Of a DNA stretch of 64,000 bases, positions 30,381-39,386 are shown piece by piece. The DNA comes from Nannocystales bacterium (GTDB taxonomy: Bacteria > Myxococcota_A > Polyangia > Nannocystales > Nannocystaceae), in contig JBOEGF010000008.1 of the NCBI GenBank assembly GCA_050633305.1, positions 192,001-256,000 on the forward strand. Reading direction: 5' to 3'. Under the pieces are notes generated by a model. It did not search any database and was not told the origin of the DNA. It saw only the letters and a list, made by a program, of their open reading frames with translations. Made by a program: the position numbers and the translations under genes. Each line of letters opens with the position of its first letter. The stretch's first letter is position 1.

Positions 30381-31762
30381 CGCACACCTGCTACGGGCTC
30401 AATGGGGCCCACAAGGAGCTCCAGCTCAGCAAGCGCAACGTGATACTCGGCGCGTACGCTCAAAACCTGCTCTCGGACGGTCCACAGTCGCTGCATCGAT
30501 CGGGCGACGGACGAAAAGTCCTCCTCCCCGGCTTCATATGCGGACTGCAGCGCCTCCAGAGAATCATCGAAGATGGCGACGACATCGGTCTGCAAACGCA
30601 GAGACCGCCGCCACGACGCGTCAGCGTGCACGCTGGCCACGCGGACCAACGTGTCGAGTTCCTGTAGTAACACCCGTCGCTCGGCACGTGTCACCTCGGC
30701 CTCGGCCGTGCGGCGTGCCACCTCACCTCGCCCGCCTCGGAACGCGGGGATTGCCAGTGCCACCGTTCCCATCACCGCGATGGGGGCAGGGTTCGGACTT
30801 CCCCGTTGAGCACTTGCACCTTCCCGAGCAACGCGGACCCCTAGCGTAGGCGCGGGACGAGTGTTCCGCTGTGCCACCCTCACCCGGGCCTCTGCAAGAC
30901 CGACGGCTGCGTTGGCTCGGGCCACCTGCGGACTGTCCCCTCGGTCCTCGAGGCCCCAAGCGGCCCGATCGCCGAAGACCGAGCTTGGCATGGCGGCACC
31001 TTCTGGGCGCAGCGCTCGGTCCGAAACCCCAGCCGCCCGAGCCAACGACAGATACGCCGCCGTGGCTTTCGCTTCAGCCCTCGTGCACGCATTTCGGGAC
31101 CAGGCAACTTCCGCCTTCGCCAGGTTCAGCGCCATGCCAGATTCTTCTCCCTCCGCGACTTTCTTGGCTGCCATCGCCTCGAGGGTTTCGGCCAGCGTTT
31201 GTCGCTGTTGGGCGAGAATGAGTTCCTCCTGGGCCAGCTGGGCGGTCGAAAACGCCAGATGGACGTCGGCGTGTACCGCCCAAGCCGCAACCTCGACCGC
31301 CGCGGCCAGCGTCAACTGCAACTGGCGCGCGGCTTCGATCCGGGCCCGGCGTTGACCGCTGAATTCAAACCGCTGAGAGACCGCAACCTCGACCTCGAGG
31401 CCCGCCGCCCCCTCTCGTCCCCGCGTCCCGAGTCCGAGTACGACCACGGGGTCGTAGCGAAGCAAGCTGGCGGCCTCCCGCTCGGCCTCTCCGAGATTCG
31501 CACGTGCCCGCGCGATGAGGAGCTCCGCGGCATGCTGTTGAGCATGGGCCGAGACCTGCCGAAGGGTCACCGTGCCGCTGCTTGGAAGCTGCACGTCGAG
31601 CACAGTGGATGAGGATTGAGGCGGACCGTTGTAGGTCGGAGACGAGGTTCCCGCCATGGGCGAGGCCGAGCAGGCCCCAAGGGCGAGGGCCAAGATCGGC
31701 CCCCACGAGAGATCGAGAAAGCGGAACGGGAAAGACCCCGCCGCACAGACAGTTTTGAACAC
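30377..31762 (-). CDS. czcC: TolC-family outer membrane factor (CzcC-like)
   Basis: Helical OEP repeats, LGAC lipobox, AYEAGE. GTG 31762 has GGAG upstream; the ORF is open to 31780. Confidence 0.82.
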   Translation of the reverse strand: MFKTVCAAGSFPFRFLDLSWGPILALALGACSASPMAGTSSPTYNGPPQSSSTVLDVQLPSSGTVTLRQVSAHAQQHAAELLIARARANLGEAEREAASLLRYDPVVVLGLGTRGREGAAGLEVEVAVSQRFEFSGQRRARIEAARQLQLTLAAAVEVAAWAVHADVHLAFSTAQLAQEELILAQQRQTLAETLEAMAAKKVAEGEESGMALNLAKAEVAWSRNACTRAEAKATAAYLSLARAAGVSDRALRPEGAAMPSSVFGDRAAWGLEDRGDSPQVARANAAVGLAEARVRVAQRNTRPAPTLGVRVAREGASAQRGSPNPAPIAVMGTVALAIPAFRGGRGEVARRTAEAEVTRAERRVLLQELDTLVRVASVHADASWRRSLRLQTDVVAIFDDSLEALQSAYEAGEEDFSSVARSMQRLWTVREQVLSVRAEYHVALAELELLVGPIEPVAGVR

Positions 31763-31878
31763 GAGATGCTCCGGGCCCACTCGAGCCGGTCAAGGAGAAA
31801 CACGCGCGATACAGCCAACCAACGGCCGCACACTCTGCGGCGTCGTTCGATGGACGCACCACTCCTAAGGGAGGCGGT

Positions 31879-32211
31879 TCAGGCCGTGGGCGGACGGTCG
31901 AGCCGCGCGCCGTATCCAGACGCAGCGGCCCCGGAGTGTTGGGGCAGCTCCGAGCCGGTGGACCCCGACAAAGCGCCGAGGTCCAGCTCTGCGTCCGAGA
32001 GTGCAACGGACGGAACGCCACAACACGCGCAGCTGTGCATCATCCCGGTGCATCCGTGTTCATCACCCCCTGGTGCGTGCTCAGCATCGTCGATGGCATG
32101 AGCGGTGTGTCCATCGGACAGCAGGTGGACCGTGCTCTCAACCAGTTCACCCGCTCCGGGCGTCAACAGGAACGCCAAGAGGAGAGCGCAGAGCTGAAAG
32201 AGTCGGGACAT
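31879..32211 (-). CDS. Small exported His/Cys-rich protein ending in RPP (CzcI/DUF2946-like leader)
   Basis: Hydrophobic N-terminus, HTAH..EH..EHGC..HSCACC, C-terminal LDRPPTA; directly upstream of czcC on the same strand. Confidence 0.75.
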   Translation of the reverse strand: MSRLFQLCALLLAFLLTPGAGELVESTVHLLSDGHTAHAIDDAEHAPGGDEHGCTGMMHSCACCGVPSVALSDAELDLGALSGSTGSELPQHSGAAASGYGARLDRPPTA

Positions 32212-32319
32212 GAACGCGGAGGCACTCTAGCGACCCAGCCGACCCCCCGCAACCCGCCACTGCGTGAGCCTCCCGGGCAGCGCGGTACGCTCGGCGTCCC
32301 CCTTCGTCGAGGCTGGACA

Positions 32320-33470
32320 CCGGCACCCCAGCAATGCTGTGCGCGACCATTCAACCCCTCAGCACGCAGCCACCGAGGAAGGTCCCCTCGAGCGAACCGT
32401 GACCATGCATCCCGCCGCCCCCAAACCCGGCCGCCTCTCCGATCGCGTACAGACCGGGGAGTTCACCGCCGTCGCGCCTCAAGACCCGGCACCCGAGGTC
32501 CGTCTGGATTCCACCCGAGGCTCTTGCGGGCCAAGATGAACCCTCGAATCGCGATGAGCGGTCGAGCGCGCAGGTCGAGGATTCGTTGAAACTTGCATGC
32601 CCGCAGCCGATCGCCCCGAGAGTCTCGGGAGTTTGCGATCCGTCGCAGCTGGTCATCGTTGGAGAACCTCCGGCCACGACAGATACGCGCATCGTAGCCC
32701 TCGATGTCGGCCCGCATGCCAGCCGCATCGATACTCATCCCGTAGAGGCTACGCTCGTTCATGGCACCGACGAGTTCGTCGAAGGAGTCGGCGACCACGA
32801 AGTCTTCGGGGCACACCTCGGCAAGACGCTCACCAGTTTGCGGTTGCCGAACAACAGGTGTTCCCCCGGGGCCTCGCCCCAAGGCTTGAACCAGTTTTCC
32901 CGGAGCGTGTCGAGGTTTCCGCCGCAGATCCCCCGGGAGGCGACGACAACGTGCTCCGCGGTCGCGCGAAACGCCTCACCGGACACGGTGTCCTGACCGC
33001 AGAATCCCACCGCGCGGCCACTTTCGATGAGCAACTCCGAGACGGCATGCTCAAACTGCAACTGGAGTCGGCCTCGGTTCGGGTGAGACTCGATCGCGGC
33101 GACGATCTCGATGACGATCTCGAAGCCCGATCCCCACGTGATATGCCAGCGCGGCACGGAGTTGCCAGGATCGTGCATGCCTCGTTCCGGTCAATTGACG
33201 ATCGGCAGGAAGTCAATGCCGCGCGCAACGAGAAAGCCATGAACATCCTCGAGGTTCCGCTCGCAGTCGGCACGCGCCCACCGTTTGGGCCAGTCCCACT
33301 CCGGCCCGTCGCCGAAGCGTGCGTAACTGAGCCAGTCGCGGTGGAGCAGATCCGGGTCGTCGAGGATCCCGAGCTTGCGCTGGTGGGGCGTCCCCGAGAT
33401 GCACCCCCCCCAAAGGAAAGCCGAGCGAGTCCACCGAAGTTCTCGAGATTGCGCGCATCGAGGTCGCACG
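32320..33470 (-). pseudogene. Degraded FAD-binding dehydrogenase (FAD_binding_2 / KsdD-like family)
   Basis: Family motifs are spread over all three frames: NFGGLA.SFGG / GTPHQRKLGI / PIVN*PERG..GNSVPRWH / NDDQLRRI..RKSLG / GIQTDL..GEAAGFGGGGMHG..SLEGTFLGGC. In-frame TGA at 33191 and 32351. Boundaries are approximate. Confidence 0.88.
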
Positions 33471-33483
33471 GGTCCAAGGCTTT

Positions 33484-34353
33484 GTGAACGACGCGGGGAG
33501 AACAACGGTCGCAGGGCTGGGCGTGCTGACACTGTGCGCTTGGACGTACCTGCTGGGCCGGGAACACGCCTCGACCCCCGAAGCATCGACCGCAAACAAG
33601 GGACAACCTGCGCGGACACCCAAGCCCAGCGATCGGCTCCCCTCCGCAAACCAATCGACGCATACCGACGCAGCTCCGAAGGCACTCGTCGAGACCGCGC
33701 CCCTTCCTCGTCCGCGTCCAGTCAAGCTGCATCCATCCGAAACGATCCGCGCGGCGGCCGATGCGTTTCCAGACTTGCTGGGGAGCTGGGACTCAGGCGT
33801 CGCACGCGACTTGTTTGGCGACGTCGACCTTGCCCCATTCGAAGAACAGCTCGCCTGGATGCACGAACGGGTGGGTCCATGCGACCGAGGCACGCCGATG
33901 GGGTCGGGAAGTGCATCTCAGGGCCGGTTCGAGTACGTCTGCGAGCGGGGGGTCGTCGAAGCCGGGTTTGCGGTGTCGGACCCCGATGCCGACAGCCTCG
34001 CGAAGATGCGCTGCGGGGTCCAGGATGTCGAGCCTCCCCAGGCCGTTTCCACCGCGGCAACAAACATGGTCAACCTCATCGAGTCCTGGGACCCGGACGC
34101 TTTCGAGGACGCTTTCGCCGAGGGATTTCGGGCCAAGCTCGGGGCAGGCATGCCAGACTTTGCACAACGACTGCGCGACGAACTCGGCGCCTGCTCAGTC
34201 GGACCGGTCGACCTCGCGAGCCCTCATGGCGCGCTGTTCGTGCTCGACTGTGAAATGGGACGCCGCACCATGGTTGTCTCTGTGAACGACGAAAACCAGA
34301 TCAAGGCGCTACGCGTTGTCTCGCTACGACGCGACCCCTCGCAGTCCGAGTAG
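33484..34353 (+). CDS. Hypothetical membrane-anchored protein with two repeated NTF2-like (DUF3887-like) modules
   Basis: N-terminal TM; duplicated SWD..F..G.C..F...CE.G pattern. Confidence 0.6.
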   Translation: MNDAGRTTVAGLGVLTLCAWTYLLGREHASTPEASTANKGQPARTPKPSDRLPSANQSTHTDAAPKALVETAPLPRPRPVKLHPSETIRAAADAFPDLLGSWDSGVARDLFGDVDLAPFEEQLAWMHERVGPCDRGTPMGSGSASQGRFEYVCERGVVEAGFAVSDPDADSLAKMRCGVQDVEPPQAVSTAATNMVNLIESWDPDAFEDAFAEGFRAKLGAGMPDFAQRLRDELGACSVGPVDLASPHGALFVLDCEMGRRTMVVSVNDENQIKALRVVSLRRDPSQSE

Positions 34354-34365
34354 CCGACAACGAGC

Positions 34366-35868
34366 TCAACGCACGTAGGGCAAGGTGGCCCGGCTCGACG
34401 GGCCGAACCGCTCGAGGTACGGCTTGACCCTCAGCTTGCGGCGGGTGCTCTCGCTGCTCATGAAGCGTACCTTTCCGAAGATCGGGCGTTCCGGGCCCCA
34501 CGCTCGATCGTAGCGGCCCAGGCACCAGAAGATCCCGCTGTACGAGTTGGGATCGCGGCCATCGAGGGCGTACTTGTTATTGAGTTCAAGCATCACTTCC
34601 AGCGCATGCCGAGGCGAAGGCGTCCACTCGAGGATCTTCTTCCCCCACAGCATCCGGAGGTAGTTGTGCATCCTTCCGGTCGTGACAAGTTCTCTCTGCG
34701 CCGCGTTCCAGATCTCGTCGTGCGTCGCGGCGGCTTCAAACTGGCCGAGAGCGTAGACGTGCTCCCGCGGGTCGGATGCATGGTTGGCAAAGTTCTTCCG
34801 CGTCCACTCGGGCAGACTCTCGAACCGATCGTAGTCGCCCGGACGGTGCGCGCACATGTTGTAGCCAAGCTCGCGCCACGTGACGATCTGGTCCATGAAC
34901 GCCTCGGCGGGCGGGGACATCTTCCACCACCCTTCTCGCTTGCCTGCGGACGACGGCACGAGGACCTCCGGACTCCACGCCTCGCGATGGGCCAGCTCCC
35001 GGACAACGGCATGGACAGCGACATGCCCAAAGTGCAGGTAGGGCGACAGGCCGCTCGCAGCGTCGACATCGGGCTGGTTTCGCCCGTCGGAGTATCCGGC
35101 CAGACGCGCCTCCAAGAACGCACGAGTCCGGGCCCGACCAGCAACGCCACCGCCAACACAGTCGACAGGTCCCACCGCGTGGTCGATGGGCAGACTCGAC
35201 AACGAAGGGGTTGAGAGTTCGTTCATCGTCGCCGCGGGCCAGCGTTCGAGAACAGCCTTCGGAACGGAGTCCAACATCGGCAGCTCCGCGGCCCGCAGAG
35301 GGTCCTGCGTGGGAAACTCGAAGATCGCTTCGGGCATCGTTCGCTGAAGGTGCCGCCGAAAGTCGTGGGCGCGCGCGTATGCCTTGTCAGTCCCCCGCAT
35401 CGGGAGCAAACCGTTGCCGTCGATGACTTCGAGCCGCACCCGCAAGGACCTCGCCGCCGCCGCGATCATGTTGGGCACGAAGAACGCGGGGAAGTCATCC
35501 GTCACGACAACGCACGCGTGCTCGGCCAACGCTTCCAGCAGGCCTTGCCCCTGCCCGACCGCACGCTCAAGAAACGGGACGTACGTCACCGATCGTTTCG
35601 AGAACCACTCGGCGTTGTCCCGCATACCCGCGATGACAAACGCGTGAAACCGATCCGAAGCCCAGCGATACCCCGCCCGTAGCGCCTCCAAGACCACCAG
35701 CGGCTTGCCCAGCGCCTTCGCCCACTCGACCGCCCGCTCCAACGAATAGTTGTAGTCACCACGACGGTTCGCGACCATCCAATACAGGACGTAGTCGCCG
35801 GACCCCTCGACCGGAGCGTCGTTGGGGACACACATGCGCACGTCGGGGACGTTCGAGCCTTCGAGCAC
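34366..35868 (-). CDS. Deoxyribodipyrimidine photolyase, class II-like
   Basis: YVLYWM, SGLSPYLHFG, HNYLRMLWGKKILEW, DGRDPNSYSG, ERPIFGKVRFM. Confidence 0.93.
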   Translation of the reverse strand: MLEGSNVPDVRMCVPNDAPVEGSGDYVLYWMVANRRGDYNYSLERAVEWAKALGKPLVVLEALRAGYRWASDRFHAFVIAGMRDNAEWFSKRSVTYVPFLERAVGQGQGLLEALAEHACVVVTDDFPAFFVPNMIAAAARSLRVRLEVIDGNGLLPMRGTDKAYARAHDFRRHLQRTMPEAIFEFPTQDPLRAAELPMLDSVPKAVLERWPAATMNELSTPSLSSLPIDHAVGPVDCVGGGVAGRARTRAFLEARLAGYSDGRNQPDVDAASGLSPYLHFGHVAVHAVVRELAHREAWSPEVLVPSSAGKREGWWKMSPPAEAFMDQIVTWRELGYNMCAHRPGDYDRFESLPEWTRKNFANHASDPREHVYALGQFEAAATHDEIWNAAQRELVTTGRMHNYLRMLWGKKILEWTPSPRHALEVMLELNNKYALDGRDPNSYSGIFWCLGRYDRAWGPERPIFGKVRFMSSESTRRKLRVKPYLERFGPSSRATLPYVR

Positions 35869-35914
35869 GAGGGAGCTCTACGGCACAATGGTGCCGCGAG
35901 CACGTCGAACGTCT

Positions 35915-37387
35915 CTAGCGTGCCTGTAGCTGGCGTTTGAGCGCCACCTTCTGCAGCTTGCCCAACGCATTTCGAGGCAGCGTGTCGACGACATGAACCG
36001 CCCGGGGCTTCTTGTAGTCCGCAAGCGCGGCCAAGGCATGAGCCACGAGCGCCTCCTGGGCATCCGGCAACGAGTCGACGAGCACCACCGCCGCTTCGAT
36101 GCGCTCCCCCCACGTTTCATCGGGCAGACCCACGACCGCAACCTCCGCCACCGCCGGATGCAGCAGCAGGACCTCCTCGATCTCCCGCGCGGAGATCTTG
36201 AATCCCCCGCTTTTGATGATGTCGACCGACATCCGCCCCACGATACGCAGGTACCCGTCCGCATCTCGCTGGACGACGTCGCCTGTGCGAAACCACGGTC
36301 CGTCGAAACTCGACGTCGTGGCCTCGGGGTTTTTCCAGTAGGCGGACATCATCGCCGGCGTCTGCACCTGGAGCTCTCCCACGACGCCGGGCTCGACCGG
36401 ACTACCATGCTCGTCGACAACGCGTGAGCGCACCCCGGGAACCTCACGTCCCACCGAGCCCGGACGGCGCTCGCCGAGGAGCGGGTTCGAGAACGTGATC
36501 AGCGTTTCGCTCATCCCGTAACGCTCGAGGATCCGGTGCCCCGTGTGCCGCTCGAACGCTTCGAGGTCCGACGCCGGAAGTGCCGCCGACCCTGCTGTGA
36601 ACAGGCGTGCGCCCCGAAGCGAGTCGCCCTCGGTTGGGTTCGCGTCGAGATGTGCCAACAGCCGCGTGTACATCGTGGGCACGCCCATGAAGATGCTCGC
36701 ACCGCGCTGCGCTACATCGTCCACGACGGCTCGGGCGGAGAACTTCGCATGAATCAGCATCGACATCCCGGCGAGCAATGCTCCGTGGACTCCGATGCAC
36801 AGGCCGTGCACGTGAAACAACGGGAGTTGGAGGCTGAGCACGTCGCGGTGCGACCACCCCCAAAGCCCGGTCAGAGCCGCGATGCCCTCGACCACCGCGC
36901 TGTGACTGAGCGTCGCCCCTTTGCTGCGACCGGTGGTGCCCGAGGTGTAGACCAACATCGCGGGGGCGTCGTCCGAGAGTGCCTCGATCTCGAGGCTCGC
37001 AGTTGGGCGCGCTTCGAGGTCCCGCACGGGCACCGGACTCGATGTGGGCACGGCCTCTCGCAGCGCAGGGTCGCACAACAAGAGCGACGGCTTGGCGTCT
37101 TCGAGAATGTGTCCGACCTCTGCTTCCCGGTAGCGGGTGTTGATCGGCACCCAGACCGCACCGATCGCGTAGGCCCCGAGCATCGCCGCGATGAGTTGCG
37201 GACTCGAGGGGGCGAGCACGGCGACTCGATCGCCAGTGCCCACACCCGCCTCCCGCAGGTCGCTGCCCCAAGCGCGCATCCCGGCGTCGAGCTGGGCGTA
37301 GGTCCATCGGCAACCCTCTTGAACGAGTGCCAAGTGGTCGCCCCGCGACGCCAAGTTGCCAAGAAGACGGTCCCGCGCGCTCCCCAT
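35915..37387 (-). CDS. Acyl-CoA synthetase (MatB/malonyl-CoA synthetase-like)
   Basis: YTSGTTGRSKG, LPLFHVHGL, ERYGMSET, WFRTGD, PRNALGK. Confidence 0.92.
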   Translation of the reverse strand: MGSARDRLLGNLASRGDHLALVQEGCRWTYAQLDAGMRAWGSDLREAGVGTGDRVAVLAPSSPQLIAAMLGAYAIGAVWVPINTRYREAEVGHILEDAKPSLLLCDPALREAVPTSSPVPVRDLEARPTASLEIEALSDDAPAMLVYTSGTTGRSKGATLSHSAVVEGIAALTGLWGWSHRDVLSLQLPLFHVHGLCIGVHGALLAGMSMLIHAKFSARAVVDDVAQRGASIFMGVPTMYTRLLAHLDANPTEGDSLRGARLFTAGSAALPASDLEAFERHTGHRILERYGMSETLITFSNPLLGERRPGSVGREVPGVRSRVVDEHGSPVEPGVVGELQVQTPAMMSAYWKNPEATTSSFDGPWFRTGDVVQRDADGYLRIVGRMSVDIIKSGGFKISAREIEEVLLLHPAVAEVAVVGLPDETWGERIEAAVVLVDSLPDAQEALVAHALAALADYKKPRAVHVVDTLPRNALGKLQKVALKRQLQAR

Positions 37388-37409
37388 TCGCTCAGGCTAC
37401 CGGACGAAG

Positions 37410-37451
37410 TACGAAACTCTTCGTTGACAACTACGAAGCGATTCGTATAAC
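37410..37451 (+). promoter_or_regulatory. Sigma-70 promoter overlapped by two BlaI-type palindromic operators
   Basis: TACGAA-N4-TTCGTT (37410-37425) and TACGAA-N4-TTCGTA (37432-37447); TTGACA at 37424 and TATAAC at 37446. Confidence 0.8.
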
Positions 37452-37459
37452 AACAAGGC

Positions 37460-37843
37460 ATGCAGGACAAACGCCCCACAGAGGCCGAAATGGCCATCCT
37501 GGGAGTGCTCTGGGCGCAAGGGCCCAACACGGTCCGAGCCGTGCACGGCGTCCTCGAGCCCGAGCGCAGCATCGGCTACACGACCGTGCTCAAGCTGCTG
37601 CAGATCATGCTCGACAAGGGCTTGGTCCAGCGCGACACCGCCCAGCGGAGTCACGTGTACGAAGCCGCCGTCGACCGGACGACGGTTCAGGAAGCCCTGG
37701 TCGGTGACCTCACCGACAAGGCGTTCGGTGGCTCGACCGCGTCCCTGGTGATGCGTGCTTTGTCGCCCCAGCGCACAAGTGCCGAAGAGATCGCGGAGGT
37801 TCGCGCCTGGTTGGATCAGCTCGAGAACGAGGAGGACGCATGA
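37460..37843 (+). CDS. BlaI/MecI/CopY family repressor
   Basis: PTEAEMAILGVLW, YTTVLKLLQIMLDKGLV, FGGSTASLV. Confidence 0.93.
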   Translation: MQDKRPTEAEMAILGVLWAQGPNTVRAVHGVLEPERSIGYTTVLKLLQIMLDKGLVQRDTAQRSHVYEAAVDRTTVQEALVGDLTDKAFGGSTASLVMRALSPQRTSAEEIAEVRAWLDQLENEEDA

Positions 37844-39264
37844 GCGTGCTTCTCAGCCAGGCCCTGATTCGCTTCTTGTTCCAAGGCATCGGACTTGGGG
37901 TTTTGTTGCTCGTCGCGCGCCCGATCTTGCGACAACTCGAGGGCTCCACACGGTTCGCCGTCCTGTTCGCGGCACTGCTGTGCGCGCCTGGGCTCGTGCT
38001 GTGGAACCTCGCACAATTCCTCGCCGCAAGCCCGAGCGCTGCCGCTCCCGTACCACCCCCGCGATGGGCCGAGTTGGTCTTTCACGGATGGCTGCTGGGG
38101 GTGGCCTTGTCGAGTCTTCGCACCGGGCTCGAGCTGCGGGGGCTGCAACAACTCCGTGCAACGGGCCTACCGCTGCGCAACCTTCACGGCCGACTTCACG
38201 CCCTCGCACAACGACTGGGCGTTCACCGAGCGGTCGCGCTTGTCGAGTCCCCGGGTGTGACGGCCCCGATCGTGATCGGGTGGCTTCGGCCGATGATCAT
38301 GCTGCCACTGGGGCTCGCCACATCGATGCCCGAGGCCTGGCTCGACGCAATCTTGGCCCACGAACTCGCGCACCTCCGCCGTCACGACCTCCTCCTCCGC
38401 ATGCTCCAACGCTGCGTGGAGATTCTTTTCTTCTTCCATCCAGTCGTCTGGTGGATCGGTCGGCAACTCGACACTGCGCGTGAAGAAGCCTGCGACGACT
38501 TGGTCGTGGACCGGCTTCGCGACCCCCTCACCTATGCCCGCGCCCTCACCGAGCTCGAGGCGATGCAACACCCAACCCGCGCCGCCATGGCTGCCGGCGC
38601 AACCGAAGGACAACTCATGCAACGTATCTCCCACATCCTCCGCCGCTCCAACACCCCTCCTCGCCCCAACCGCCGATGGTCGCAAGTGCTGACCGTTGCT
38701 GCCACCATGAGTGTCGCGGGCTACGCCGTAGCCCACGCGACCGAAGAACCCACGAACGAGTCCGACCCATCCGGTATCGCGATCCGCTGGATGCCCGAGT
38801 CCGTCGCGGCCCACGAGGACGCGATTCTCGGGGCCGCGGACCGGCATGGTGTCGACCCCGACTTGCTCGCGATCGTCGTGCTTCTCGAGTCCCGGGGAAA
38901 CGCCAAAGCCAAGAGCCCGACCGGTGCCCGAGGACTCATGCAGCTGATGCCGAAGACGGCCGAGCACATCGCCGCCACGCGTGGGCTCAGCGACCATGCG
39001 CCTGAACGCCTGGATGAACCCCGATACAACCTGGACCTGGGCGCCTGGTACCTCGCCCAGCAGCTCGAGCGATTCGAAGCTCTGGTCGACACCGAAGCGG
39101 AGGCCGTGGCCTGGGCGGCTGCCGCATACAACGGTGGGCCAAGCGCTGCCGCCGCGGCATTACACGGAGAGGCCGAACTCAGCGAAGAAACGGCGCGGTA
39201 CCAGACAATGACCCGGACACTTTGGGCCGAGCGCGGAGCCGCGACCTCGTCGGTCGTGAAGTAA
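37840..39264 (+). CDS. M56 (BlaR1-like) metallopeptidase fused to an SLT lytic transglycosylase domain
   Basis: AHELAH, FFFHPVVWW, REEACDD, then a TM helix, then LESRG..GARGLMQLMP and AYNGG. Confidence 0.9.
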   Translation: MSVLLSQALIRFLFQGIGLGVLLLVARPILRQLEGSTRFAVLFAALLCAPGLVLWNLAQFLAASPSAAAPVPPPRWAELVFHGWLLGVALSSLRTGLELRGLQQLRATGLPLRNLHGRLHALAQRLGVHRAVALVESPGVTAPIVIGWLRPMIMLPLGLATSMPEAWLDAILAHELAHLRRHDLLLRMLQRCVEILFFFHPVVWWIGRQLDTAREEACDDLVVDRLRDPLTYARALTELEAMQHPTRAAMAAGATEGQLMQRISHILRRSNTPPRPNRRWSQVLTVAATMSVAGYAVAHATEEPTNESDPSGIAIRWMPESVAAHEDAILGAADRHGVDPDLLAIVVLLESRGNAKAKSPTGARGLMQLMPKTAEHIAATRGLSDHAPERLDEPRYNLDLGAWYLAQQLERFEALVDTEAEAVAWAAAAYNGGPSAAAAALHGEAELSEETARYQTMTRTLWAERGAATSSVVK

Positions 39265-39267
39265 GTG

Positions 39268-39300
39268 TGGGGTGCGACGGTCTGCGCCCGTCGCACCCCA
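39268..39300 (+). terminator. Stem-loop after the M56-SLT gene
   Basis: tggggtgcgacgg-tctgcgc-ccgtcgcacccca, a perfect 13-bp stem without a U tail. Confidence 0.65.
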
Positions 39301-39386
39301 GGTCCGGCGGCCACGACCCCACGACTCCCAGTTTCACGAGACGATCGCCCGAGGTTCCGGTGCTCGGGCTGGTAGACTGGAGCCGG

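Noticed and set aside
33191..33193. In-frame TGA as selenocysteine or recoded Trp
   Set aside because: It sits in a gene that also has frameshifts and a deletion, and TGA is a normal stop throughout the window.
25357..33480. Mobile metal-resistance island
   Set aside because: No integrase, transposase, tRNA or flanking direct repeats were seen; a compositional shift could not be measured.
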